Origin: Cenarchaeum sp.
GTDB taxonomy: Archaea > Thermoproteota > Nitrososphaeria > Nitrososphaerales > Nitrosopumilaceae
Assembly: GCA_963693095.2 (NCBI GenBank)
Contig: OY843768.1
Span: 704,001-768,000 of the forward strand
Direction: 5' to 3'
DNA: 64,000 bases
Under the pieces are notes generated by a model. The model was given only the letters and a program-made list of their open reading frames with translations, ran no database searches and was not told the DNA's origin. Positions 1 to 11,848 of the stretch are shown here, piece by piece. The translations under genes were made by a program, and so were the position numbers. Positions within the stretch are counted from its first letter, which is position 1. Every line of letters starts with the position of its first letter.

Positions 1-1
1 G

Positions 2-454
2 CACTTTGAGCGCACAGAGCCGACGATCGTCTCAAAGTATGTCGAGACTGGCAAGGTTCGCATGCTCTTCAAGGACTTTGTCGTTATAGGGCCGGACTCT
101 GTCACGGCTGCGCGCGCGGCCCACTGCGGCGGGGACCAGGGCCTCTTTTGGGAGTTCCATGACGCGATATACCATGCGTACAGCGGCGAGCGGACCGGCT
201 GGGCGTCCCTTGAGGGCATGCGCACAATTGCCGCCGGCGTCGATGGCCTCGACGAGTCGGCATGGGGAGCATGCATGGCAGCCGGCACGCACACTGACGT
301 GATAAACGCGAGCAGGGCCGACGCGCAGGCCCTCGGGCTCAACGGCACGCCGGCGTTCTATGTCATCGGCGCTGACGGCGATGTCTACCTCATGCGCGGC
401 GCCAAGGCCCTCTCGGAGTTTGAGGGCGTCCTAGATCGGGCCATTGCGGGCTAG
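2..454 (+). CDS. DsbA/thioredoxin-like oxidoreductase, 5'-truncated by window edge
   Basis: Frame is open from base 2 (HFERTEPTIVSKYVETGKVRMLFKDF). Contains AARAAHC-FWEFHDAIY and GLNGTPAF, typical of the DsbA (Thioredoxin_4) C-terminal half. Confidence 0.85.
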   Translation, partial: HFERTEPTIVSKYVETGKVRMLFKDFVVIGPDSVTAARAAHCGGDQGLFWEFHDAIYHAYSGERTGWASLEGMRTIAAGVDGLDESAWGACMAAGTHTDVINASRADAQALGLNGTPAFYVIGADGDVYLMRGAKALSEFEGVLDRAIAG

Positions 455-501
455 GCGTGCGCAGGATATAAAGGCGTGACATATCCTTATAAGCAATCGG
501 C

Positions 502-1879
502 ATGGCGCTCCTTGCCATGCCAGCAGGCATTGACGACATTGCCGTGTACGTCCCAAGGCTGTATGTTGACGCCGAGGACTTTGCCGAGCACAGGGGGATT
601 AGCGCATCAAAGCTGCGCCAGGGACTCGGCGTGTCGCAGATGGCCATGGTTGACGCAAACCAGGATCCCGCGTGCCTTGCGGCCAACGCGTGCCTAAAGA
701 TAATGCAAAAGAACCGCCTAAAGCCCTCTGACATTGGCCGCCTCTATGCGTCAACAGAGTCCTCGATGGACGAGTCCAAGGCGATGAACACGTACGTCAT
801 TGGCATGCTCGAGCAGGTCTATGGCAGGGGCACGTTTGAGCACTGCGGCGGCATCGAGACAAAGTTTGCGTGCGTGTCGGGATCCTACTCGCTCTATGAC
901 AATGCCAACTGGATACGTGCCGGCGAGGCCGGAGACAAAAAGGCCATAGTCGTAGTCTCTGATATCGCAAAGTATGACATGGGATCATCAGGCGAGCTCA
1001 CGCAGGGCGCAGGCGCCGTGGCGATGCTCCTCAGCGACAACCCGCGCCTCCTCGAGTTTGACGCGCGCGTGACGTCGACTTCGATACGCGACGAATATGA
1101 CTTTTACCGCCCAACTGGCAAGCCGACGCCCGTTGTCCACGGCCAGTACTCCAACCTCCTCTACCTCATACAGGTCCGCAACACGCTAGAGGCGTACAAG
1201 AAAAAGGCCTTTGAGACCGGCCTCATAAAGCTGGCAGAGGGCGAGACTATACTGGACCACATTGACTATCTGTGCGTCCACCTGCCGTATGCAAACATGG
1301 GCAAGAAGGCCCTTGCGTACCTGCTGCGCCACGAGTGGCGCAGCCTCCCGCGCTGGGAGAAGATCATAGATTCAGTCGGAATGCAAGAGCCGTCCCCGCA
1401 GTCTGGCGGCACGATAGAGGCCATACTAGATGACAGCAAGTTCATGGAGCAGGATCACCAGTTCAACAGAATGTTTGTAAAGACTGACGAGTACAAGGAG
1501 GCATATGAGTCAAAGCTCGCAAGCTCGCTGCGTGCGGCCACGATGGTAGGCAACATCTACACGGCGTCGCTATACCTCAGCTTTAGGAGCGCGCTAGAGT
1601 TTGAGCACAACCGTGGCGCAGACCTAGATGGCAAGAGGTTTGGCTTTGGCTCATACGGCTCTGGCAGCTCGGCGATGGTCTTCTCTGGCGTCATATGCCC
1701 CGGCTATCGCGAGGTAGTCGAGCCCATGAACATCGCAGCCGAGATGGGGGAGCGAAGGCGCCTGACGTTTGAGGAGTATGAGCAGATACACGAGAACATG
1801 ATACGCCCACGCGACTCGATACTCGATGCGAGCAGGGAGTTTGTCCTGACAGACGTGATGACTGCGCCAGAGTCACAGG

Positions 1880-1908
<29 letters not shown>
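502..1908 (+). CDS. Hydroxymethylglutaryl-CoA synthase
   Basis: GIDDIAVYVP, TES..DESK, catalytic ETKFACVSG, ELTQGAGAVAM, DFYRP, GNIYTASLY and SYGSG motifs. Confidence 0.93.
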
Positions 1909-3169
<1,261 letters not shown>

Positions 3170-3257
3170 TTAGCAAATCGATAGATAAAATAATCGCTGG
3201 CGTCATTTGCGTGAAATGCACCCCCATGTCGAGAATTTGGCGTGCGGGCAGGATGCG

Positions 3258-6200
3258 TCATGCGGGCAGGTGCGCGTCCAGTCCGGCCCTTTTAGGCGTC
3301 CAGTTCTTTGGCTCAAACTCGTCTGGAAGCGTGGCGATTATGCGGTCAGACTCTGCGCCGACGTGCACGGCGCGCTCGATGACTGCTATAATGTCGCCCT
3401 CGCCCATGCCCTCTAGCGGATTGTTGACTATCTGGCTGTCCCTGTCGACTGTGCGGTTGTAGCGGTCAACGACCCACTCTAGGGGCGTGCGGCCGTTCAC
3501 CGTGTACCTTGGCTGCGGAATGCCCTCAAAGACTATGACGTTGTTTATCTTGATCTTTGTCTTGTCGGCCTTCATGCCGATGCGGCCAAATGCCACCTTG
3601 GCTGGCTTGCCAAACTTTTCCTTTGGCCTTCCGAGGTTGAACCTCTCGCACGTGTCAAAGTTTAGGTGCAGGTCTGCGAGCTTTTTGCCTGCCTGGCTGA
3701 ATTTCTTAAAGTCAGGAGCCATCGGGATGTTTGGTAGGTCTTTGGAGAGATTGTTGGCGAATTTGCTGCGATATCCGTAATGGTGGAGAAGGCCGTATAC
3801 ATAGTAAAATATGTCTTTTTTGAAAATTTGTTTATTTTGGTAATGTTGTCGGTATTCGTACAACGCGTGATCTGTAATATTGTCATTTCTGGAATTGGTG
3901 TTATCGTACACATACAACGAAAAATATTGACCATTTTTGACAATTTGTAGATCGGGAACAATGTTTGTTATAAACGTTGAAAAATTTCCTGTAAATTTGT
4001 AAGGTGTGCAGATTACCATGTTTTTTGAGTCTCCGTGAGGAAACATGTGTGGAATTTTGTAGACTGCCCCGTTGTACGTTCTGTCAAAATACAGGTGCTG
4101 CTTGAAAAATGGCCTATACAAGGCAGGCCTGATGCTCTTGGGGAAAAACCCGGGTCTTGATTTTTTGAGCTTTGTTTTTAGATCTGCCGACCACTGTGCC
4201 ATCTTGGTGTCTATTTTTGGACTGGACAAGCTCTGTGTATTACAATACTCTATGTGCCTGCGCATGTTCTTTTTGAGCTCTCTTTCTGACGAGTTGTACG
4301 CCCACATATCACGATGTGTTTTTACGCCCGACGAATACAGTCGAAATATGGCGTTGCTTCTCCCCGCCTTGGCGGCTTTGCTCCCCATGGGCGAGTAGTC
4401 GGAAAACCGGTCGTCACGCTGGCCGATCCAGTCGTCGTGGCGATCCGGCCGTATGGTTTCCCAGTCCTCGATGCCACGTATTGACCCGAACCCCTTGACG
4501 GCCTCGAGCTTTTCCTCCCTTGTCAGGTAGTCGCCTATGTCCCTGTAGTATATCCTGGCCGCACCACGTTTGTCGGCGCTGTAACGTGGACTCCTAACCA
4601 GAATGGTGACTGCCACCGGCGCCCTGGAGCCCATTCCGAATATGTTGCCGCCCTCGCGGCGGCGCGTCTCGCCCTGCGTCCGCTGGTTTGCGCGCAGGTC
4701 GAGGCACCACACCTCATCAAACTCTCTTGCGATCGAGGCGCGTATGCCTGCCGCCGCGTCAGAGCGCACAAAGCTCGCGTTGGTAACGAACGCCACAATG
4801 CCTGTCTCGCCTATGCGGTCGCTCGCCCAGCGCAGGGAGCGAATGTACGAGTCGTAGAGCGAGTTCTTGTTGTGCGCCCGCGAGTGCCTGACGTACGTGT
4901 CGCCTATGCGCCTGTCGATCTCGGGGTACCTCATGTTGGGGTTCTCGTCGTTGTAGTTGCTCTGACCAGACGAGTACGGCGGGTTCCCCATGATCACGTC
5001 CACGCTAGTAGCCCTCTGGCGCCTGACGCGCTCGTGCGCCACCCTGAACATCCCGCCAATAGTGGCCTGCTCACCCCTGTGCTCCTTGCCGCTGAGGTAG
5101 CGCGGGTTCTGACGGAGCGTGTCGGTGTAGCTGATCCCCTCAAACGGAACATATCTACCGCCGTTCCCGCTAGAGTATGTCGTCTCTATGTTCACCGTGG
5201 CGATATAGTAGGCCAGCAGTATCATCTCGTTTGCGAGCAGGTCGTTCCGGTACTTTTGGTACGCGTTGTCGCCTAGCAGCCCTGAGTCAAGCAGGCGTGT
5301 GATGAACGTCCCCGTTCCTGCGAACGGCTCGAGGACCTTCACGCGCCGGTCGTCAAACCCCATGCCAAAGCGCGTTTTGAGCACGTGCTGCACGCTGTGT
5401 ATGACAAAGTCGACCACCTCGATCGGGGTGAAGACAACGCCGTGCTTTTCCGTCGCCTTTTTGGCCGTGCTCTTGAAAAAGTTCTCGTACAGCGTCTTGA
5501 TAAAGTTCTGGCGTGCCTCAGACTTTGTTATGGTTTTAACTTCTTCTTTTACGCTGACATAAAATCTTTCTAGCTCTTCAAGCTCAGAGTCCAGTCCAAA
5601 GCTTGCTGCCATCCCTGATATGACCTGCGATATGGGATTGTGCGACGTGAACTCTCCACTGAACAGCTCATCAAAGACACGCGCGAGCACGACGTGCTGC
5701 GCGATCACCCTTATGGCGTCATCGCGCGTGACCGAGTCGTTGATGACTGACTGTAGGCTTGTGTGAAACTCGTCCAGATCCTGGCTCCTTGACTGTGACG
5801 ACTTTAAGATGGTCCGTATGCGCATCTCTACGGTGGCCGCCGCTTCTCCGATCTGACGACCATACGCGTTATAGTAGTCAATGTCACCAACCTTGCGTAT
5901 GAGTGTGGACTTTATCTTGTCAAATAACTCCGGCATGGTGATGCTGTCCGGTTCTTTTACGTCTAGTATTGAGACGCTGATTCTGGGCGTTATCTCGCCT
6001 TTTTCACCAGGTGTCCTGTCCAAAATGAGTGAGTTAATCTCGCGAGCCAACGACTCGTCATGCGAGCGTAGCGCATTGAGAACCTGCCAGACGGTTCGGT
6101 ATGACGGGTGTTTGTCAAGTGCCTTGGATCTGTCGACACCTGCAGGTATGGCAACAGGCAGCACGACATATCCTGTATCCTTGCCGGGCGCCCGCCTCAT

Positions 6201-7940
6201 GACTCTGCCTACTGACTGGACAATGTCCACAATGGACTCTCGTGGGTTTAGAAACACGACACCATCCAGTGCAGGAACATCAACACCTTCAGAGAGACAT
6301 CTGGCATTAGAGAGTATGCGGCATGTATTGGGCTTGCTGTCGCTCTCAGACAGCCATCGCATCTCCTCACGTCGGCGCAATGCATTCTTTTTGCCATCAA
6401 TGTGCCTAACATCAACATCATTTGTTGCTGAGGTTACTGTCCCAATGTCGTTAACTACGCCCGCAAAACTTAGGTCATTGCCATTCTTGTCTGGAGCAGT
6501 GCCTGCAAACATCTCTGAACGGTCTATTCGATTTGTGAACGCAATGACTTTTTGCAAGAGTTTTGGCTTGCTCTCACCTTCTGGATGCTGCAGTCCATGC
6601 CATACGGCAGCCAAAAGGGTTCTTTCACCGAGGGGCATAGCCCCCTCCTTGGAAATTGACTGTTGAAACTTCATGTTCACATACTTTGTGCTCACCATGG
6701 GTATGATGACCTTAAAGTCGGCAAGCGCACGATGCTTGTGAACAGCATCAACAAAACCCAGATTATGGAATTCAGGCCCATAGGTCTTTTTGTCATCCAT
6801 CGAGTATATTGCTGGAGACCCCCCATCTTCGTTCAGCTTGTGTTTGCGTGCTTGTGAGACTCTACCACGTGCTGCCCTCTTGACTGCCTCGCCGTATATC
6901 TTTGGCGTCGCAGTCATGTAGAGGCGCTTTTTTGATGGCACGTTTCGATCGCTATGAACATATGTATAGTGTGAGTCGTTCTCGGCGCCGGTGGTTCGGT
7001 GTGCCTCATCGCACAGAACCAGATCAAACTTGCTGCCAAATGCCCCCGAGGCAACCCTTATGGAATGATATGTGGAAAATATCACCGTCATCGCATCCTT
7101 TGCCAGCTTGCCGTTGACGTGCTCTCTCAAGTCAGCCTCTTTGGTTGATGCGGGGCACTCTAGCTCGGTGATCGACCCCTCCTCACCACCTGCGCTCCTG
7201 TCCGAGCAAACGGCTAGGTAACGGTGTTTTATGTCTGCATTGTCAGCCCATTCCCTCATACTCTGCAATATTAGCGAGATTGACGGAACAAGGTACAGGA
7301 CAGTTCCGCCCTTGCCCACAATCTTCTCTGCAATTCGAAGTGCCACGAGCGTCTTGCCAGTGCCACATGCCATGATTAGTTTACCTCGATCGTCATCATC
7401 AAAGCCTGCAATAACGTCATCAAATGCGCTTTTTTGATAGTCGCGCAATTTTTTTGGGTATTTGGGAACTAGTTTTGGAAATGTCCTCCAGTCAACACTT
7501 CCGGCACGCAAGTGTGCCGATGTCATTATGTGGCATTTGGTTTTTGTAAGTACGTTCATGGCATTACGACTGATATATTCGCCGGTGTAGACCAAGATCA
7601 AATTTTCAATCTCGTACGCCTTAGCAGTAGTAATGAATTGTGAGACTTTTTTCATGTCAAGGTTGCTCTCTTTGTCATAACATTTGCATTGGATAGCACA
7701 CTTTGTTCCATCGGCTTCCTCGGCCACAAGATCGACTCCAGTGTCTGGCTTGCCATCATTATCCGGCCACGAACCCCACTTGTATATTTTGACAAATCGG
7801 TTACGATAATGCCTATCTGTCTTGAAAAAATCTACCATAATGTTTTCAAACATGGTTCCAAGATTGTGTGTGCCTTTAGACTCACGACGGATGTCTTTTA
7901 ACACGTCGTCGAACGTGCGTGGAGCCGTCTTGCGGCTCAA
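3258..7940 (-). CDS. Type ISP restriction-modification enzyme (Mrr nuclease, SF2 helicase, N6-adenine MTase, TRD)
   Basis: DTGVDLVA..AIQCK nuclease; MACGTGKT, DEAH and QSVGRVMR helicase motifs; LEPFAGTGTF and GNPPY methyltransferase motifs; YRPFFKQ and DIFYYVYGLLH C-terminal Type ISP motifs; 1560 aa. Confidence 0.93.
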   Translation of the reverse strand: MSRKTAPRTFDDVLKDIRRESKGTHNLGTMFENIMVDFFKTDRHYRNRFVKIYKWGSWPDNDGKPDTGVDLVAEEADGTKCAIQCKCYDKESNLDMKKVSQFITTAKAYEIENLILVYTGEYISRNAMNVLTKTKCHIMTSAHLRAGSVDWRTFPKLVPKYPKKLRDYQKSAFDDVIAGFDDDDRGKLIMACGTGKTLVALRIAEKIVGKGGTVLYLVPSISLILQSMREWADNADIKHRYLAVCSDRSAGGEEGSITELECPASTKEADLREHVNGKLAKDAMTVIFSTYHSIRVASGAFGSKFDLVLCDEAHRTTGAENDSHYTYVHSDRNVPSKKRLYMTATPKIYGEAVKRAARGRVSQARKHKLNEDGGSPAIYSMDDKKTYGPEFHNLGFVDAVHKHRALADFKVIIPMVSTKYVNMKFQQSISKEGAMPLGERTLLAAVWHGLQHPEGESKPKLLQKVIAFTNRIDRSEMFAGTAPDKNGNDLSFAGVVNDIGTVTSATNDVDVRHIDGKKNALRRREEMRWLSESDSKPNTCRILSNARCLSEGVDVPALDGVVFLNPRESIVDIVQSVGRVMRRAPGKDTGYVVLPVAIPAGVDRSKALDKHPSYRTVWQVLNALRSHDESLAREINSLILDRTPGEKGEITPRISVSILDVKEPDSITMPELFDKIKSTLIRKVGDIDYYNAYGRQIGEAAATVEMRIRTILKSSQSRSQDLDEFHTSLQSVINDSVTRDDAIRVIAQHVVLARVFDELFSGEFTSHNPISQVISGMAASFGLDSELEELERFYVSVKEEVKTITKSEARQNFIKTLYENFFKSTAKKATEKHGVVFTPIEVVDFVIHSVQHVLKTRFGMGFDDRRVKVLEPFAGTGTFITRLLDSGLLGDNAYQKYRNDLLANEMILLAYYIATVNIETTYSSGNGGRYVPFEGISYTDTLRQNPRYLSGKEHRGEQATIGGMFRVAHERVRRQRATSVDVIMGNPPYSSGQSNYNDENPNMRYPEIDRRIGDTYVRHSRAHNKNSLYDSYIRSLRWASDRIGETGIVAFVTNASFVRSDAAAGIRASIAREFDEVWCLDLRANQRTQGETRRREGGNIFGMGSRAPVAVTILVRSPRYSADKRGAARIYYRDIGDYLTREEKLEAVKGFGSIRGIEDWETIRPDRHDDWIGQRDDRFSDYSPMGSKAAKAGRSNAIFRLYSSGVKTHRDMWAYNSSERELKKNMRRHIEYCNTQSLSSPKIDTKMAQWSADLKTKLKKSRPGFFPKSIRPALYRPFFKQHLYFDRTYNGAVYKIPHMFPHGDSKNMVICTPYKFTGNFSTFITNIVPDLQIVKNGQYFSLYVYDNTNSRNDNITDHALYEYRQHYQNKQIFKKDIFYYVYGLLHHYGYRSKFANNLSKDLPNIPMAPDFKKFSQAGKKLADLHLNFDTCERFNLGRPKEKFGKPAKVAFGRIGMKADKTKIKINNVIVFEGIPQPRYTVNGRTPLEWVVDRYNRTVDRDSQIVNNPLEGMGEGDIIAVIERAVHVGAESDRIIATLPDEFEPKNWTPKRAGLDAHLPA

Positions 7941-8050
7941 TCATGCACCCACTCCGTTGTTTTTGTGTGTACATTGCAGAAATTTTGTTAATTTTAAGAA
8001 TTGGCCTTTGGTATAGGCCTCATTTTTTACATATTTTTGGTGTAGTCTAC

Positions 8051-8112
8051 CAGAGCGCCAGAGCGCCAGAGCGCCAGAGCGCCAGAGCGCCAGAGCGCCA
8101 GAGCGCCAGAGC
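8051..8112. repeat. Simple sequence repeat (CAGAGCGC)x7 plus a 6-bp partial unit
   Basis: Perfect 8-bp tandem units counted directly, about 110 bp upstream of the Type ISP start. Confidence 0.97.
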
Positions 8113-8412
8113 AGGATCCGGATCGGAGTTAGCGCGGGTCTATGCGCAATATATGTGTATGATAATTTGGTGGTGAGCATCAAAATGATTCCCCCGCTCT
8201 GCCTGTGCCGGCCTCATCTCTCTCATCAGATGCCACATCGGCAAAATTGGCCAAGAGTGCACCACGCAGCGTCGCTACATGACATCGGTCATACGTCACA
8301 TTCGTCACACAACCCATCCTTGATGTCATCCCCCAGCCCCCCAAGTGATTTTAAGTCTTGTGAGATATGGCTGCAGTGTGGCACGTGTGGGCACCGTGAG
8401 ACACGGCCAACC

Positions 8413-9525
8413 CTAGGAGCGCATGACTAGCACGGTGGATGATGTGGCCGCCGCTGCCATGTTGTGGACCAGGCCAGTTCGGGCAGACTCGACCTGTCGC
8501 CTGTCAGCCCGTCCTCCAAGCTGCCTCGATATCTCGACGGCCTGTGCGATGCCTGTTGCCCCTAGCGCGTGGCCTGCGCCCAGTATTCCGCCACGCGGGT
8601 TTAGCGCCCTGCTGCCCGTTGAGTGCATGTCGCAGATTGCCGCAGCGCCACGGCCCTGTGGCGCCATGCCGACGGCCTCGGCTGCCATCGCCTCGCACAC
8701 GGCAAACGCGTCATGGACCTCGGCTACGTCAATGCCCGCAGCGTCCGTGCGCGCCATGCGAAGCGCGTCAGCTGACGCCTTTGCGGCAGACTCGAGGCGT
8801 GACATTGAAGGGTTGGACAGCAGGCCGGCCCCAAGCGTGCTCTGGCCGACACCGCATATCCACGCAGGCGTCTCACAGGCCCTGCGCGCCACGCCTTCAG
8901 AGGCCACAATCACGGCCGCAGCGCCCGTGCACGCCCTCGAGCACTCTAGGAGGCGCAGGCCCGGCGCGACGGGGCGCGAGGCCATGACATCATCGACCGT
9001 CCAGGCGTCGTGCGCATAGGCATCAGGGTTTGCCTGCGCGTTCTGGTGCGCGCGTGCGGCGACTGTCGCAATCTCTTCGGCGTTTACGCCATGCTCGTCC
9101 ATGTATGCGCGCGCAAAGCGTGACGCCCATGCCACCGGACGGCGGTCATCCCCGCGCGACTCGTCCCACTCAAACACGCGACCCGGCCCGTCATGCGCGT
9201 CGGCTCCGGCAACGAGAATCATGTCGGCAAGTCCTGCTTTGACGTGCGCGTATGCCGAGACTATTGCGTTTGTCCCCGAGCTGCAAAGGCTCTCAACGGT
9301 CTGCGCGGTTCCGGCCTGCGCGCCGAGTGCCTCGGCGAGGATTGGGCCAAGATATCCCGCATTGTCGTTAGTCGAGACGATGACGCCCCCAATGTCAGCA
9401 CCCTCGATGCCATTCGTGGATCCCAGCGCGCCTTGCGAGGCTTCGCGCAGCAAGCCCTCGATCGAGGCGGTGCCATGTGCCTCAAAGCGCACAGTTGCGG
9501 CGCCCACTATGGCCACACGGTCCAC
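8413..9525 (-). CDS. Thiolase family protein (acetyl-CoA acetyltransferase, archaeal type)
   Basis: ESLCSSG, AEVHDAF, NPRGG..GAGHALGATG motifs. Confidence 0.9.
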   Translation of the reverse strand: MDRVAIVGAATVRFEAHGTASIEGLLREASQGALGSTNGIEGADIGGVIVSTNDNAGYLGPILAEALGAQAGTAQTVESLCSSGTNAIVSAYAHVKAGLADMILVAGADAHDGPGRVFEWDESRGDDRRPVAWASRFARAYMDEHGVNAEEIATVAARAHQNAQANPDAYAHDAWTVDDVMASRPVAPGLRLLECSRACTGAAAVIVASEGVARRACETPAWICGVGQSTLGAGLLSNPSMSRLESAAKASADALRMARTDAAGIDVAEVHDAFAVCEAMAAEAVGMAPQGRGAAAICDMHSTGSRALNPRGGILGAGHALGATGIAQAVEISRQLGGRADRRQVESARTGLVHNMAAAATSSTVLVMRS

Positions 9526-10494
9526 TCACTCACCCCCAAAGGCCGACACTAGCAGGCCAAATGACTCGGCGACATCACCGACAGGGTTGAACTGGAGTAT
9601 CGGGTGCGTCACGCCGGCATCGGCAAACCTTTTGAGCTGCTGCCTGCATGACTCGGGTGCCCCAAACACGGCGAGCTCGCGCGCCATCGAGTCAGGCACC
9701 AGGTCCGCACAGCGCGGCACGCCTGTCCTCGCGTACTCTTCATGGATCGCCGCAGTCTCTGAGGCGTACCCGTTGCGCGCGAGAAACTCCCTGTATGCCC
9801 TGCCGACTGCGACATAGAAGGATATCGTCGACTTTGCCCTCCTGATGGCCGCCTCCTCGTCATGCGAGACTGCCGTTATTATCTGGAGCGCGACGTCAAG
9901 GCCGGGGTTTGAGCTCCGCAGGCGCGCAGCGGCCGCAGGGATCTCGCGGATCGGCCGCAGGTAGAGTATCGCGCCGTCGGCGACCTCGGCGGCAAGCGAG
10001 ACCATTGCAGGGCCGACGGCTGCAAGGTATATCGGAATCCGCTTGCGAACCGGCCGTATGAGCAGGCCAAAGCCCGAGAGGCTAAACAGGCGCCCGTCAT
10101 GCTCTATCTTTTCTCCCGAGCACGCAAGGCGCACAATCTCGACATACTCGCGCACGCGCGCAAGCGGCGAGTCCTGGCTCATGCCATGCAGGCCGCCGAC
10201 GATCGGCGCGCTGCTGGCCCCGAGCCCGAGTATCGCCCTCCCGCCGCCAAGCGTGTCAGCAGTTAGTGCGCCCATGGCGACTAGGGCCGGCGAGCGCGAA
10301 TAGACGTTGATGATCGACGAGCCAATCCTGGGCAGGCGGGCCACCTGTGACACGGCGCCCATCATCGCAAAGCACTCCATGCCCCACGTCTCGGGTATCC
10401 AGATGGTGTCAGTCTCGGCCCTGTCAGCAACCCTTGCGCAGGAGACGACCTCGTCGACTGTGAGGAGGGAGCCTAGGCTGTACGACACGCGCAT
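9526..10494 (-). CDS. LLM-class (F420-dependent, Mer-like) oxidoreductase
   Basis: WIPETWG, IGSSIINVYSRSP, GRAILGLG, IPIYLAAVGP, EVADG motifs. Confidence 0.88.
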   Translation of the reverse strand: MRVSYSLGSLLTVDEVVSCARVADRAETDTIWIPETWGMECFAMMGAVSQVARLPRIGSSIINVYSRSPALVAMGALTADTLGGGRAILGLGASSAPIVGGLHGMSQDSPLARVREYVEIVRLACSGEKIEHDGRLFSLSGFGLLIRPVRKRIPIYLAAVGPAMVSLAAEVADGAILYLRPIREIPAAAARLRSSNPGLDVALQIITAVSHDEEAAIRRAKSTISFYVAVGRAYREFLARNGYASETAAIHEEYARTGVPRCADLVPDSMARELAVFGAPESCRQQLKRFADAGVTHPILQFNPVGDVAESFGLLVSAFGGE

Positions 10495-10524
10495 CTTGCG
10501 TGCGCGGCCGCACGCGCGTATATT

Positions 10525-11220
10525 CTAGTGTTTCACCGCCCTTTTGCCATATGGCGGCATTATCGAGCGCACGCGCACGGCACACTCGGCGAGGTCACGG
10601 TGCGAGTCTATCGAGTGCCACTGCGCGCCGGCAAACCTCTCCATGCCGAGTTTTCCACGCGCGGCCATCCTCGCAAAGAGCGTCCTCTCGGCGTCGCCCT
10701 TGCGCGGCATCGCGCGCAGTGTCTGGCGCGACAGGTGGTACACGCCTGCGTTCATCCACATGTCGCCGACCTCGCCCTTTTCGCGAAATGCCGTGAGCGC
10801 ATCGCCCCTTGACTCTAGCACGCCATACTGCGTGCGCAGGCGCACGGCCGCTATCGCGTCTGCCCTGCGCGCAAGCCCCTTGATGTCGATATCGGTGATC
10901 ACGTCACCGTTGATCACAATGGCCGACTTGCCCCTGACTAGCGGCTCGGCCCTCCTCATGGCCCCACCCGTCCCAAGCGGCGAGGCCTCTGCCGAGACGA
11001 TGACTGACCTGCCCATGCCGCGCGCCTCGACATAGTTCTCTATCTGCCCTGCCCTGTATCCCGTGCACACGACAATCCTGCGCACGCCGTGGTGGCGCAG
11101 GTATCCCACCTGCCACTCGAGTATTGGAATGTTGTCAAGCGGAACTAGCGGCTTTGGCAGATAGTCCGTTATCGGCCTGAGCCTCTCGCCCCTGCCCCCG
11201 GCAAGTATCATCGCGTCCAT
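10525..11220 (-). CDS. Sugar-phosphate nucleotidyltransferase (NTP_transferase)
   Basis: AMILAGGRGERLRPIT..PKPL, PLGTGG and NGD motifs. Start moved to the ATG at 11220. Confidence 0.9.
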   Translation of the reverse strand: MDAMILAGGRGERLRPITDYLPKPLVPLDNIPILEWQVGYLRHHGVRRIVVCTGYRAGQIENYVEARGMGRSVIVSAEASPLGTGGAMRRAEPLVRGKSAIVINGDVITDIDIKGLARRADAIAAVRLRTQYGVLESRGDALTAFREKGEVGDMWMNAGVYHLSRQTLRAMPRKGDAERTLFARMAARGKLGMERFAGAQWHSIDSHRDLAECAVRVRSIMPPYGKRAVKH

Positions 11221-11304
11221 GCGTGCGCTCGCCCGCATGCGTCCATAATTCAAGTGTAGCGCATCGCCCGTGCGCACAGGCGCCGCATGGCGCGCCTTGA
11301 TGGC

Positions 11305-11838
11305 CTATGCGCTGCCCGTTTCGAGTATGGCGGTCCCCAGATAGTATCCGGCCATGATGAGCGCGGTGCACCAGACCACCGAGCCGGCAAGCGTGTATAG
11401 CACAAAGACGCCGACTCGCATGCCAAGGAGGCCTGCGGGTATCGAGACTAGCTCGCGAAAGACAGGCACCATCCTGCCCAGGAGGACCGCCTTGTGGCCG
11501 TGCCGGCCAAACCACGCCTCGGCGCGCTCGACGCGCGCGGCGCCCACTCTGGCGCGGCGCAGGTGGCGCAGCACTGCGGCCCTGCCGAGGCGGCGCGAGG
11601 CGACATAGAGGACGAGTGCGCTCACCGTCGCGCCGGCGCCACCGGGCACCCCAAGGAGTGCGGCCTGGACTGGGCCGACTCCGGCCTGTGCTGCGACATA
11701 TCCGGCCGTGGGCAGGACGAGCAGGGTGGGCACTGGCGGCACGATCGTCTCGACTAGCGAGGCCAAAAAGACGCCGATGACGAGGTTTTCAGATATCAGG
11801 TTCACTAGCCACTCGGCGATCGTCGCCAGCGCGTCCAT
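11305..11838 (-). CDS. DedA family membrane protein
   Basis: ET..PPVP, WFGRHG..AVLLGRMVPVFRELVSIPAG motifs. Confidence 0.92.
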   Translation of the reverse strand: MDALATIAEWLVNLISENLVIGVFLASLVETIVPPVPTLLVLPTAGYVAAQAGVGPVQAALLGVPGGAGATVSALVLYVASRRLGRAAVLRHLRRARVGAARVERAEAWFGRHGHKAVLLGRMVPVFRELVSIPAGLLGMRVGVFVLYTLAGSVVWCTALIMAGYYLGTAILETGSA

Positions 11839-11848
11839 CTGTGCCGAA

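Noticed and set aside
8051-8112. CRISPR array
   Set aside because: Contiguous 8-bp units with no spacers, and no cas genes in the window.
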